Assembly (NCBI GenBank): GCA_021613535.1
Contig: CP075493.1
Location: forward strand, 2,852,001-2,916,000
DNA from: Adineta vaga
Lineage: Eukaryota; Animalia; Rotifera
Reading direction: 5' to 3'
DNA: 64,000 bases
Notes under the pieces: model-generated
The model's input: only the letters and a program-made list of their open reading frames with translations
Told to the model about the DNA's origin: nothing
Database searches by the model: none
Program-made: the position numbers and the translations under genes
Part shown: positions 1-13,900 of the stretch, in pieces
Position numbering within the stretch: the stretch's first letter is position 1
Layout: each line of letters opens with the position of its first letter

Positions 1-557
1 CGAACAGTGTCTATATCGATTCTGAAATTCATTTTATTTATTTGATTTTTTCCATCATATTCATACTATTTGTAGAAAAAAAACCAAATACACTAAAAAC
101 GTCAACACCTGTTTATTCAAATTCTTATCTCATTGTTCTTGTTTGCGTATATTATTATTATTACTATTTTTCCATTTCTAACACAGATATTATACACTAC
201 CTTAACTGATTATTCGTAATGTCATTGTATGTAGATTGTTCTTCTTCTTTTTCTTCTTCTTCTTCTTCTACTACTTGGTTGAATTCATTTGTAGCCCTTT
301 TTCATATCGCTAAGCTGCGTTGCGCTGAATTTTCTCTTTAATAAAAAACATACGTGATCCTACATTCTTTCTTTCTTTCTTTTTGATTAAATTTAATTCG
401 AAACAGAGCTTCTATTCGTGTACATGACTATACGAACAAGTAGGACTGATAGTTAGGTTAGATGAACATTCTTACAATACATACATTTCTTTTTCAATAA
501 TATTTGTAGATTTTCTTAGTCGACAGTTAACATGTGATTATTTCTATTCGTCTTATC

Positions 558-2476
558 ATGTGGTAGGTCACATAGTTTTAGTTTTATTAATTCATAGTTT
601 CACGTATTACAATTTCCGTCGTTAGGCCATCGCGTTTTAAGCAATATTCTGTTGTTCAACAACAAGGAACTGATCATCATGAAACAGATACAAATTTAGC
701 TTTCACAATTCCTCGAGAATTTATTACTCGACAAGATTTAACATCCGGTTCTTTATTTCATGGTAGAATTCTACTGTAATATTGTTAATAAGAAAACAAA
801 TCTTGTCTTTCTTTTTATCTTAGGTGGTATTGACAGTCCATCAATCAATGCAATCGATCCTATATCAAAACAACCTGTACATATAACAAAATATCTTTGT
901 CTAAAATCAAAAACAAGTACTCCACAATATATAAATCATTTATATGAACGTATTCTTCTTACCAGTCATCTATCACATCCAAATGTTCGTCGAATTTTAT
1001 CTTGGTATATTGCTGATGCTTGTCTATATTCCATTACTGGTCTTATACAAGGTACATTACGTCATGCAATTCAATCGGAAACATTTACACTTGAACGTAT
1101 TGCTCGTTTATCATTACAAATTATCAATGGAACAATTTATTTACAATCCAAAGGTCTTTGTCCATTAACACCTTGGTAAAAATCATTTGTAATCAAAACA
1201 ATTGTCGACTTCTTTTTTCTTTCTTTCAGGTATACAACAAATATTGAATTAACACGTGATGATCGAATTCGATTATGTTCACCAACAATATCAACAACAA
1301 AATTAAATGGTGGTATTGTTCATCATCATCATCTATGGAGACATGCACCAGAAAGTTTAATTCGAATGATTATTGAAAATGAATCTCTCGTTAAGTATGT
1401 TGAATATGATTGTCCTTGATTTGCATTCGAAAAGACTTTGTTTTCCTATCTATTCAAGGCAGTTTCTATTTTTCACAACTAGTCACAGTTTCTTCAGGCT
1501 AAAAATAACATTACAGATGAAGTATTGATGTAAAAAAAGGTCTGTTTATCTATTTGTTTTTTTACAAACAAAAGTCAATGAGATTCTTAAAAGTAACATT
1601 TTTCTCTACGCCAAAACTGTTACTATTTTTAGTCATCATGTTTTGAGTTACTCTCTTCTTCAATACATGACTTTTCAAAGAATAAACAATAGTTCGAATT
1701 GATCAAGGACACATCTATGAAATATGATTCATCATTATCAAATAGTTAATAAATATTTTCGTAGTCCTACTCGTTTTATTAACATTCCATGAATTGATTG
1801 ATGTCTTTGTTTTAGTATTGGATCATTCGATAATTCAAAAGAAGATGTTTGGTCAATTGCTTGTATCATTGTTGAAATGATGATTAATACAATCTTATTT
1901 CGTCCACCAAACGATGATCCACATTTACAATTACTTCATATTGTTCAATTAGTTGGTGGTTTAACAACATCTTTAATCGATTGTTTTCCAATGCATGTTA
2001 AACAAATATTTTCCAATAGAAAATGTGATAGTCATCAACAACGTCTTAATCGTTTATTAAGACAAATTTTTAGTCAATATGCAATTCATGCAAATGATTA
2101 TAATAGAAAAGATCATCTCTATGATTTATTAAAACATATGTTTCAATTTCAATCTGATAAACGTATTGATTTACAATCCTTAATTGAACATCCATTTTAT
2201 TCATTAAATTCAAATAAAATTTGTTTAACTAAACCTCCTCGATTAAATTTCTTAAAACTTCAAACGTCATCAATGCGTATCGATGATCTTGTTCATCTAT
2301 GTACGAGACTTCATTTAGAACAATCACGATGGATGTTAACATTAAAAGAACGTTGTCTTTTAGAATTGATTTTACATATCGATAATTTCAATCAATTAGA
2401 TTTCTCTCAATATGGTTTAAGTCAATCATTACAAAACGAACTTGAAAGACTTACTTACTTTTTAACGGGTTATTAA
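558..2476 (+). CDS. MAPK/CMGC-like pseudokinase with possible C-terminal SAM-like domain (5 coding exons)
   Basis: Spliced translation MWPSRFKQ...FTIPREF...VHITKY...HLSHPNV...LQIINGTIYLQSKG...LWRHAPE...EDVWSIACIIVEMM...LQLLHIVQLVG...LLKHMFQFQSDKRI. Kinase subdomains VIII, IX and XI are clear, but HRD and DFG are absent. GT-AG introns at about 563-625, 763-822, 1176-1229 and 1395-1815. Confidence 0.7.
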
Positions 2477-2866
2477 TCAATCAATGTATTATAGTTTTTC
2501 TTTCTTTTCTTATAAATTATCTCATTCGATCATCTGAAGCATAACATGTAAATGTGTAATATTCAAATTATATATATACGTTAAGCAACGAATCTAAAAG
2601 TTAGTTTTTTATTATGAAAAGAACATTGTTTATGTCAATTGAATGATAAAACAAAAGATAGTTTGGTGCCTTTTCTCTCTCTTTCTTTTATGTAATATGT
2701 ATGTCTCTATTTTATTTCATGTATACTCGTTTTATTTCTTTCTGGAGAAAAAAAAGAACAGAACAGGTGGCAAAGCTCTTCCAGAGCAAAACACAGATAA
2801 TCATGATTTTATGTTCTTGTTTTTAGATATGAAAAGTTAAAATCTCAAACATCTGAAACATTCAAC

Positions 2867-4549
2867 ATGAAGCTGATGTTTTTTCCGGTGACGATGATCG
2901 AAGAATTTCCTCATGTTTTACTCTATTATAATTTTTCGAGGAAACGTGATCGTTATTTTCTTTCACCATTTGAAGTCGAAATTTCCAAACATGGTTCACA
3001 ACGAACTGTGTGTGACATCATTCGTTCATCTGATTTCCTTTGTGGTCTTCTTAATATTAATCGACCAACAATATTAAAACAGATTACAACAAATATCATT
3101 TCTACCGGTTCAATTACAACAGAGACGAACTTAACATCAACATCTGATACTTGTGAAAAATCTAGTCGACGTGCTTTATCTTGTTCAACAGCGACAGGAA
3201 TCAATAATTCAAATGATCTTCTATTAACAATGATTGAAGAAAAATTGGATTTTAAACATAAATGTATGTTCTATTCAACTGGCCCAACATCTGATCTATG
3301 CAGTAAGAAAAATAAATCTCGACTAAATTTCTTTATTCAGACTTTTCTTGTTGAATTTATAGTCTGTGCTTTGGATGTTGACCATAATTCATCAGTTTTA
3401 TGTAATGCTATTGGTTATTCCAATTTACAAACAGACGAAGAATTAATAGTAGAAAAATCCAATAATACAGATGATAAAAATAAAAAAACACGTCATCAAC
3501 ATCGACAATATATTCATCAATGGATATGCATTCGAGATGTCATTGATAGTTTAATTACATGTAATCATATACTTAAAAGTAAAAATATTCAGGAAATTCT
3601 TGTGAAAATGGATCTTTGGCATAAAGAACGCTATCAAACAAAAGATAATCAGATAAAATCTGACAGAACATCCATGACAGATATAAAATTATTCAAGGGT
3701 AAAGCACGACAACTTATTTGGGATTTAATGGAAATGAAGTAAAAAAAAGAATCCATTTTTGTTTTCATTCATCTTAATGATAAATTATTTTTAGAAATGA
3801 AGTACGTTTTCCACGTCCATCTCATGGTCGAATACCGAATTTTCGATATTGTGAATTAGCAGCAGAAAATGTTACTGGTTTAGAATGTTTTCAACGAGCA
3901 CGTGTTATTAAAATCAATCCATCACTTGCTCAGGAACCACTTCGATATTTAACATTAACTTATAATAAAGTTTTATTAACACCTACACCGGCACTTGGTT
4001 TGTATACTATTTGATTCGTTTTTATCTGGAATGAGTAGATTTTCTTTTTCAGAATCGGTATTTTTCTATAAATTAGATCCAAAATTTTTACGACGAAATC
4101 AATTAGAATGGGCAGCAACAAAAACGGGTGCTGCTGAATTAGGTACTGCACTTCAATTAACATCGCTGAAACAAATACATGTTGATATAGTTATCGTTGC
4201 ATCAGTTGTTGTTAATCCAATAACAGGTGCACGTCTTGGTAAAGGTAAAGGTTATGCCGATTTAGAATATGCTATTATGTCACAAATGGGTTGTGTTACA
4301 AATGAAACAGTTGTGATTACAACATGTCATGAAAGTCAATTAATCAATGATTTACCAAATGATATCATGGAAGAACATGATTTAGCTGTTGATATTATTG
4401 TTACACCCAAACGATACATTTATACCAAACGTGTATTTCAACGTCCAGAACGTGTTTATTGGAATAAAATTGATTCCGATATGATTACAACTATTCCTGT
4501 TTTACAAGAATTAAAACGATTAGAAGAACAAGATATTATCAAGCAATAA
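2867..4549 (+). CDS. MTHFSD: 5-formyltetrahydrofolate cyclo-ligase family protein (MTHFSD-like) with ~275 aa N-terminal extension
   Basis: KGKARQLIWDLME|KNEVRFPRPSHGRIPNF...ARVIKINPSLAQEPLR...LLTPTPAL|...VDIVIVASVVVNPITGARLGKGKGYADLEYAIM...HDLAVDIIVTP matches MTHFSD motifs. Two short introns at about 3739-3794 and 3998-4051. Confidence 0.85.
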
Positions 4550-5639
4550 AAAGAAGAAATATATATATGTACATTGTCAGATGAATCAATTAAAGATAAG
4601 AATAATACGTATAGTCTCATTGAATAATGATCAAACAAAAGATTCCTCATATTTTTATTCTCATTCCGGTTCCTTAACATTTATTTTTCGAATACCATAT
4701 TGTTGTTTCGTTACTTATTCTTTTTCGTTCGTTCATTGTTGTTGTGACTTATCAATAACAGAAGATTGACAAAAAAAAACAATAATCTAATGTTGTTTTG
4801 TTTGTTTTCATTGTTTTAGTTAGATAGTTATATATATATAATAAATATATGTATTTATGTTAAATTGAAAATTGATTATCAACGACTGCGCATTGTTACG
4901 TAGAGCAAAGCACTTGACTCTTACAGTTACACATACATGTCAATGATTTCAATCCCATTTTCATATAATAGAGGAAAAGAAAATGCCATTTTATTTACAG
5001 ATACATTCTTTGTAAGTGTAAAAATCACGATCAATACAGAATTTGTTATTTACATTGTAAATAATTAATCAACAACAAATCATTTATTTGTGTAACTATG
5101 AGACGTTTTGAATTCTTTCTTTTCTGACAATAATAGTTCATACAATCTTTTTTTTAAATAATATATAAAACCTTGAGAAACAAAACGTTTTCTACTCTTA
5201 TATTTTAATATAATCACATATTCCATTGGTATTAAAAACGTCAATGTTCAATGTCATGTCTAGATACATTATGCATTAAATAATTCATACAATTTTAAAG
5301 TTAAATGAAGATTTCGATACTGTTCTATCATCTTCGAAGACTATTCAAAACATAATACAAAATAAAAAAACACGAAGAATAGATTTCTTTTTATGAATAA
5401 AGATTGTTGATTGTTACTACATTGCCGATGATTCCTGTTCGCTTTCTTCTTTTTCACTACAACGATTTCTCACGACGTTAATCAAACATGTAGTTAAAAG
5501 TAAAAAGTAGAAAAAAAAGAAAGAAAAAATCGACATCAGTTGTAGCGGCGACAACGATTAGAGACATATTTTCTTTCTTTTTCTTTTTCTTTCTTTTTTT
5601 TTGTCTTATTTAACCATTCACCAAATCTTCTAACCGCAA

Positions 5640-7397
5640 ATGACTTACCGTTCGAAAATACCATCATTTGATGTTCACTATTGTCAAATATGTTCAACAT
5701 CAGATCTTCAAAATAAAAATCCCTATTTAGCATGTTTTACATGTAATCATTGTAATTTAGCAATGTGTTATGAATGTTTTGAAAAACATACAAGTCAACT
5801 TGTCGGTGAATATACTCAATTACAAGAACGTTTTTCACAATTAGCAAATCTTTTCGATGATAAACGACAATTTCTTGAACAATTTCAAGATAATTGTATA
5901 CGTAGTGTTAATGCCGTATTTGATGAAGCAATACATGATCTTGATAATCTTCGATATGAAAGTATAAATTATGTTCGAAAACAATTTAATGATGCAGAAG
6001 TAAGAGTTCCTTTTTTTCTCAATCGATAGATCTACTGAGAATTATTTTGTTAGAGAATTATGTCAGAATTGATGGATAATTTATTGCCAATAATCACTAA
6101 AACTCAACAAAATTGGTCTCGTGATGGTGTAACAAAAAATCTTATGGTTGAATTTGAACATCAACAAAAACAAATCAATGATATTGAAAATCGTTTAGAA
6201 ATATTTTCATCACCAAATTTACAAATTAAAATGTCAACATATCCAAGAAATAATCTTGATTTACAATGTCAATTACTCTTAAGTTCATATTCAACAACAA
6301 ATAAATTCTCTCATAATTATCCAGGTAAAATTATGTCAACTCGATGTTCATATGCGAAAGATCAAGAATTACATAATGATAAAATTGATGTTGAAACTGA
6401 AATTGAAGAATTTATTGAACATGTTTTAGCAAATAAACAAATTCAAACAGATCCTATTATTGATTCAAGTATAGATATAGATGATGAGAATGAATTGAGT
6501 CTTTTAACTGAAACGGAACAAATTAATCAACGAATTAATAATGAAAATTGTTTAAGTGGACGTTTTATTCAACAACAAACAATATTAACGAGAAATGAAG
6601 TCGATCGAATTGCAAGTGATGGTGAAAATCTCTTGTATTTTTCTGATACATCAAAATCGATTTGTTACATAACAAATATTGTTTCAACGCGTCAAGCAAA
6701 TGGTACATCGATAACAGAAGAAATATCTTGTCATTGGCCTCATCAACCTATTATTGATTTAATTTATTCTCCTGGTTCATCTCAATTTCTTTGTGCAACA
6801 AAAACTGGTATTTATTCATGTACAATTAAAGATTCAACTATTGATATACGTATGGAATTAGTACAGTTATGGTCCTATGTAAGAATATCAGCGAATGAAA
6901 AAGCCATATGGCTTTGGTCGGATACTCCACGTACAAGTCAATTACGAACATATTTACCAAAAACATTTGAATGTATAAAAATTTTTGATTTAAAAAATTA
7001 TCCACGTTTTTTAGATAATAGTACAACATTTTCTGTACATACAAATATTCTTGCAACTGTATTTCAATTTAACAAAACTTCTGATTCAATATCTTCTCGA
7101 AAATATTTTCATTTAACATTTTGTGATATAAAAGATTTACATGAATTATGTACAATACAATTAGGTGAATGTAATGTGGATCATGAAATTCGTCACAATG
7201 AAGATGGTTTAGTTTTTATTACAAATGGAAAGAAAAAATTATGGATTGTTGATCAATTTGGAAGAAAAGAATATGTGAAATTATATCGTCTAGGACGTGC
7301 ATTAACATTACATAAGAAAAATCAAATTATTATTGCAAATGGTACTCAACAATTACAATGTGTTGAACATGTACAAGATGATAATGGGATCAGTTAA
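5640..7397 (+). CDS. B-box-like zinc finger / coiled-coil / beta-propeller-like protein
   Basis: CQIC...CFTCNHCNLAMCYECFEKH followed by a helical coiled-coil. Intron 6000-6053 joins ORF 5640 to ORF 6060. The C-terminal region is beta-strand-rich with repeated blades. Confidence 0.65.
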
Positions 7398-7427
7398 ACA
7401 CACATTGAGCAAATATTTCTATTTATC

Positions 7428-7460
7428 TGTGTGTGTGATTGTGTGTGTGTGTGTGTGTGT
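7428..7460. repeat. (GT)n microsatellite
   Basis: Visible dinucleotide run with one interruption, in the 3' flank of the upstream gene. Confidence 0.9.
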
Positions 7461-8487
7461 TGTTTCTAATAACCTTGAGAGAAAAGAAAACAAAAATCCT
7501 ATTTGAAGTAGTATAGATGCATTTGTGAAGTACATATATATAAATATAAATGTTTAAAATGTTTATGGGCTCTATTGATTAGCAGTTGTTTTCTTTTGGT
7601 CTATCAGTAGAATGAAGCAGGAAGAAACGGTTCGTTTGATATGTTAATGTGAAAACACTATGAAATAGTTCAAGCCGATTTCCTTAATGATTTATTAGAA
7701 ATGTATTCAATCGATCATCTAATGAATGTATTGTTGGTGTGGGTCTGGGAGCGAGTAATAATTGTTCTTACATCTACAGCTAACTATACTATTCTTCAAA
7801 AACAGTAATTTTCCATTCGAATGTTTCGTGAAACTTCGATATTTCCGAAACTAAAGTATGAGAACACAAATCCTATTGTAGTCTTACTTACTTCTTCAAG
7901 GTGTATCTATTGTTAAAAGATTAGATTCAGACGGTTTAAACATCTCAGGATATTCTCTCGTTTGTTATTAGATTCGGCAGTGCAATTCTATTGATTGATT
8001 AAAAAACTTCGGTGCAATAACACTAAATAAGCTAAACGTACTGATATATATATATATATATAAAGCAATGTCGTCCAAGATCTATCTGTTCATGTGGAAC
8101 AATAAAAACACCGTCGTATGCACACTATTATAATGAAATTATGACCATGTTTGAAATCGTGTTCAGACTGAACCTTTTGACCTGAGTATTAGAAAAATTC
8201 CTGATTTTGTCTCCTTCTAGTTTCTAAAATTTAGTTTTGGTTGGGAACCCTGTAATCAATATAAAACGACGACATCATTGTACCATGCATCCGTTGGAAA
8301 CTTCACTAACCAATCATGTTTGTTACATGTATTTTTAGTTGAAGCGATTTCTCAAGCTGATGAACTCAATTATTCGTTGTATTATTAATGAACGATAATT
8401 CATCCAACAATGCTAAAGATTTATTTTAAGTTATTATAAAAGATCAAAGTGTTATAATGTAGATGATTGCTAATTCTTTTCTTCTAG

Positions 8488-10830
8488 ATGACAACAGTTT
8501 TATCATTAAATGAAGATGTACTTTATATTATACGATCAAAATGTTCATCATCAATTGATATATGGCATTTTCTTCTTGCACTCAATTATGAAGCATCTAC
8601 AATAAGTAATTTACGTGCTTTCTGGAGGTGAAATTCGTGTATTTTTCTTTTGATTTGATAAAAACTTCGTTTGATTTATATCTTCTAGTCGTATTCGATT
8701 ATCTTCATTGCACAATATGACGACATTATTCTCATTTATCAAACAAATTTCCATGTATTGTGTTGATCTTCGAATTGATAATCTAAATTGGATGATTGTG
8801 ACTGATCTTCGTCGTTTACTCTCATATTTTCGTTTATTAGTATCGTTCCATACTGGAAATGTAGTCCTATCTAAAAGTACATTGATTAACGATGTACAAA
8901 CTCTTTTTCCCTTTCTAAAATATATTACTCTACTGATCTCTCTGGATGATGTATCTGAATCGTCATTAACTATTCGACGAAGTACAATTACAGACGATAC
9001 ATTGGAAGGAATATGTGCCACATTAAATGGAATGAAACATCTTGAACATATTTCATTAGTATTACAAAACAAAAAAGGTAATTAGAGGCATAATTTAATA
9101 GATAAATGATTTATCTTCTAGGAGGATGTCTTCCGGATTCCAGTGTGCGAATATGTTTTCGTTCGGTATGTGCATTTATTTCTACAATGACGAATAATTG
9201 TACATTAATATCAATGGAAGAGAATGGATATGATATTAAAGAACGATTTCTATCGAATGATACTACCGAAGGAACATGTTTTGGATCGATAAATTTATCT
9301 TTAATGAATACAATCAAACATTTAATTATCTCTTTTCGACGAATGACAATTGCTAATTTAATATTAGAAATAAAAGATTCAAAACAAGAAAAATTATTAA
9401 TTGAAACTTTAGTTTTACCGTGTATTCCATCGACATCGAATTCGATTGAGATTCTTGATATGAATCAATTGATAATATTAGATATTGGATATGTTAATCT
9501 AAAAAATCGAGAAGAATTAACACGTCTCGATGAGTTACTACAATGTCATCGACAATATCATTCACTACGAAATTTAAATTTGAATTTAAATGAATGGCAA
9601 TCAACGAAACTTGTTATACAATGGCAAAACGAAGAGATTAAACAAACAACACAATTTAGTTCAATATTTGAAAATTGTTTTGATCCATTGAATACATCAG
9701 ATGAAGTAGATACAACGAAACAAACAATTGTATTAGATCAATTCATCGATGAATTTCTTCTTGAATTTACCGATGATACTCAATCGACAATCTTTCAACT
9801 ATCTTTCAATTATTCTTGGGTAACAAAATTAACCAATTTGAATCTTACTGGTATTCATTGTCATTCGATTGATTTGAAATATCTATTCAATTCTTTGTTA
9901 TTACTTCGATCATTAAGTCTTTCACCATGTTTACTTATACATATTGATCAATTAGAATGTCATTGTCAATCTACATCTCTTCCATACACAATTCATTCTT
10001 TAAATACAAATCTTCTTTCACTCAATCTTGTCTCTCATTTATCCAATTTAAAAGAATCATGTCCAATATTTCTCGAACATTATAAACTTCATTCCATTCG
10101 TCATTCATCAATTCATCAATATTTAAAAACAAATGAAACATTATTTCATTACGAATCATTTATTCATTCGATTATTCGAACAATATTTCAAACATTAGAT
10201 TTACATCATTTGAGTATTCGAATACCCAATTATGAATTAAATATAGATGATCTTAATCTACAAGAAAATAATCATCTTGAAACTTTATTATTTGATGTTA
10301 AAATACCGATAACATTTCATTCCAAATTAACACGACTTTATTCAATGAATTGTTTTAATAATCTACGACGATTTCTACTTCTAAGTGAAAATGAATTTCA
10401 ATTAACACCATTACTTCTCGATCGATTTCGTTCATTAGAAATCATTGAAATTCTTTCGATGAATTGTCATTTAAATCGATCAACAATACAATATCTTGAA
10501 AAAGTTCTCAAACCAAATAATTATTCAAATTTAAATACATTTCGTCTTTGGATAACAAGTGTCGATGCCAATCATTTATTAAAACATTTACATAAAACAG
10601 TTCGATTAGCTTTTGAAAAAGTTAAACCAGGTTTTATTTTTGATATATCCATTGTTAATCCATCTTCAAGATCGTTTCCAATACGAAAATCGATTCTATA
10701 TGATAGAACACATGATATTCATCGATACTTTCATTCTCTATTATCAACTCATAGTTATCAACTTTCGATTATCTATCCAAGTTATTTGAATTCAAAAATA
10801 TTGTATAGTGAACACAATTTTGATAAATAA
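8488..10830 (+). CDS. F-box-like / leucine-rich repeat protein
   Basis: N-terminus MTTVLSLNEDVLYIIRSKC...DIWHFL resembles an F-box. Later LxxLxL repeats (LTNLNLTG, LRSLSLSP, LRNLNLNL, LEHISLV). Introns at about 8628-8688 and 9078-9122. Confidence 0.6.
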
Positions 10831-10972
10831 AGTCTTTCTTTTAATCTGTTTATTTACATAATATACTAGCAAGGAAAGTCTCTTCATTCAGATATGAAAG
10901 ATGTGCGTTTTGTTTTTAAATAGAACCAAAGAAAAAAAAGCGGAAAATATCGAAAACAAAATAAAGGTTTTT

Positions 10973-13900
10973 TTAATTGCGAAAACGTTGAACTAATGTT
11001 AAGAGTTGTTCGGCATCATTATAAGAAAAAGTCTGATTATCTGTATTTGAAGAATATCGTGACGAAGGCCATTGAGTATTGTTTCTATCTTGATGAGAAT
11101 TGATTGTATAGGATGATGATGATTGAAGATCATTTCGTGTATTTGTTCGATGTTGAAGAAACATTTGTAATTGTTCGATTGTTTCCGATGGTTTCGAATC
11201 TGATAGATTAGGAAAGCCAGGAATCGTTGACATAAGTGGTTGCGGTGATGGTTGTATGAAATTATTAATGTAATTATCTTGATAATAAGGTTGATTCGAA
11301 GACCTTTCGTTATAACATGACGACATTGGACTAAAAAGTAAAGTAAAAAAAGTGAAAAACAAAATTCAATATTTACTTTCGATTGATATTTGTCATGGAT
11401 GATTGCTGATAATCTGAATTATTTGACATTCCTATGAATTCATGATTGAAACTATCAAGTAAAGATGGTATCTTATCGATATTCGCAAAACGTGGATGTT
11501 CAGCTACTGATTGATGATTATAATTAAATTTCTGATGGCGTGAAGATATCGTTGTAGAATTATTCTTTCGTGATTGATTATGATATGATCGATCATACGA
11601 ACGATTACGTTCATAATCATAGTCATTTCGTCGTCGTTCTCGTTGATAACTATTTCTTTTTGAAGAAGGTGATGATGGTCGTGTACGAAATTCTTTTATT
11701 GGAGAATTATGTGAACTATTGGATTGCGAACGAGAACGTGAAGAAATCGTAATGCGACGTTCATCACGATCTTTAGTTATTACTTGACGAACATCGATAT
11801 CTAGCATAGAAAAACAAGAATAAATCAATGAAATCATATTAAATAAACCTTCCATTAATGGTGAGATTAAATCAACTTTAATACGTTTGACAATAGGTTG
11901 TTGTTTTTCTTCTTCGTCTTCGTTTTCCTCATTTTTTGGTTCTTGATATGTATTTGTTGTTTTAATGATTAAATTATCGGCATGATCGTTGGATACAAGT
12001 GTTACTGTTCGTGTGGATGGCAATGTTTTATTCGTATTCATTTGATCCTCATTCTCTTTACCATTATTGTCAAACGGTTGTCGATGGGAAGGACTTGGTG
12101 ATTTCGATACATCATCACGTGATTGTTCAGAAATTGTTTTCAAATCGACATCGATTCTCTCATCTGAATTGGTGATTGTATTGTTAGTTATAAGAAATTG
12201 TCCATTTTCTTGATTGGATTCGCTGAGATATTGTGATGGTATTTGTATAGGGAACCGTTCATCATGATCGTTTAATATCTGAGTAGATGAAGATTCAATG
12301 TCCATGCTAATGAAAGTATTTGTTGCGCGAACTTGAATGAATAGAAAATTGAATGAATGAAAGAAAACTAATCAGAATCGATCTTACCTTGTGCATCATT
12401 TAATACAGTTTGTTTTGATTGTAATCCATATTTTTCAACAAAAATACCTAATAGTTCCGCTAGAATACGTTTGACTTGTGGTCGATTTTCTTGTCGATAC
12501 TCATGTGAAAAGAAATCTAATAATTCAGGTGATAGTTGATGATTTACTGATGAAATGATTTGATGTTCTTTTAATAATTTCCGGCCATTATTAACATAAA
12601 ATGTCGAATTTGGTAATTCATATTTTTTTCGTTCATTAAGATGTTCTTGAAATTTTCTTTGTCGTTGTTCACGTAAATGTAAACGTCTCTCTTGAGAATT
12701 TAATTGTTTTTCTTGTTCAATTAATTGATTTGAGATTTGAATTTGTTTATAAGCTGATTGATTTATATTATCTTCTAAATCAATATATAATTGTTTTTCG
12801 GATCGTTTTAAACCCATTTGAAAACAATCAACAACTGAAATAGAAAGTGATGAATAATCTTTCAGTGAAGAATTTTGTCGTTGACATTCGTATTCATTTA
12901 ATGATATCGAATGAATTTCAAATGGAATCAATGTAAAACTGGTTTTTTTCGTTAATAATTCATTTTTCGTATTACAATAATTATTTAAACGTTTTTGTTG
13001 TTGTAAAGCATGTTTAATAGCTTTGTTTTCCAAATAAAATACATTATGAGTTTGTTTTCGAGTTTTTAGACGTGGATCAACTAATTGATTCGTTGAATTG
13101 AAAGGTATGACTTTTTCAATGGATGGTTGTTTCGTTGATGAAGATTTTTCTAGAGGAGATAAGGGAATAGTTTCAACTGAAATAACTGTTCGTGTCATAT
13201 AAGTAGTTGTTAATTGTTGAGAAGTATATGGAACCATAAATTGACTAGGATATTTTGTTGGAGTAGTTTCGTTGATTATTTTAGTTGATAATTCTTGAAT
13301 AGGCTCATCCCATGTACCTGTGTTTAGAGGAAGAATTGATTTAGATACAGGTTTAATTGTTTGTTTCATTTTATATGAATTAATTGGTTGAAGAGGTTTA
13401 GGATTACGTTGTTGAAGTTCTTTGAGTGATGGGGTAAGTTCAGTAGAGAATTTTTCAGTAAGATCATACCATAAAATAGCAAGAGGAAGAATTTGTGATG
13501 GATGAGAGACTGTTTGCATATCTTTATGTTCATAACAAAAGATCTAAGGTAAATTTAGTCAAGAAATCTTCTATTTTATGATTGATCCTGGAAAAACTTA
13601 CGAGAGAATCTGCTAATAAATCATTAATATTTCGTTGATCTTTATTCAACGTTTGAATTTTACAAAAATGATGATCATAATGTAATTGTGCAGATAAGCC
13701 TTTATTATTTGTTGCCGGTACAGTTGGATAACCTTTGCCCACCAATATCTGGAAGACATGATCTGTTTTTGAAAAGAATTATCTCATTAATGAACGCACT
13801 TTACAAATCAATAAACCAAATTTATGAAGATTTTGTAAACCAGTCGAAGCTAAAAGAACATCTGGACGTCTTGATAAATGAATTCCATCTTTTGGATTTC

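Noticed and set aside
2460-2830. Possible splice fusion of the pseudokinase to MTHFSD
   Set aside because: The donor just before the kinase stop is phase 1 while the acceptor at 2826 needs phase 2. A nearer donor at 2767 gives a normal 60-nt intron.
8180-8256. GGGAACCCTGTA end resembling a DNA-transposon terminal inverted repeat
   Set aside because: No partner inverted repeat, target-site duplication or transposase was found by eye in the window.
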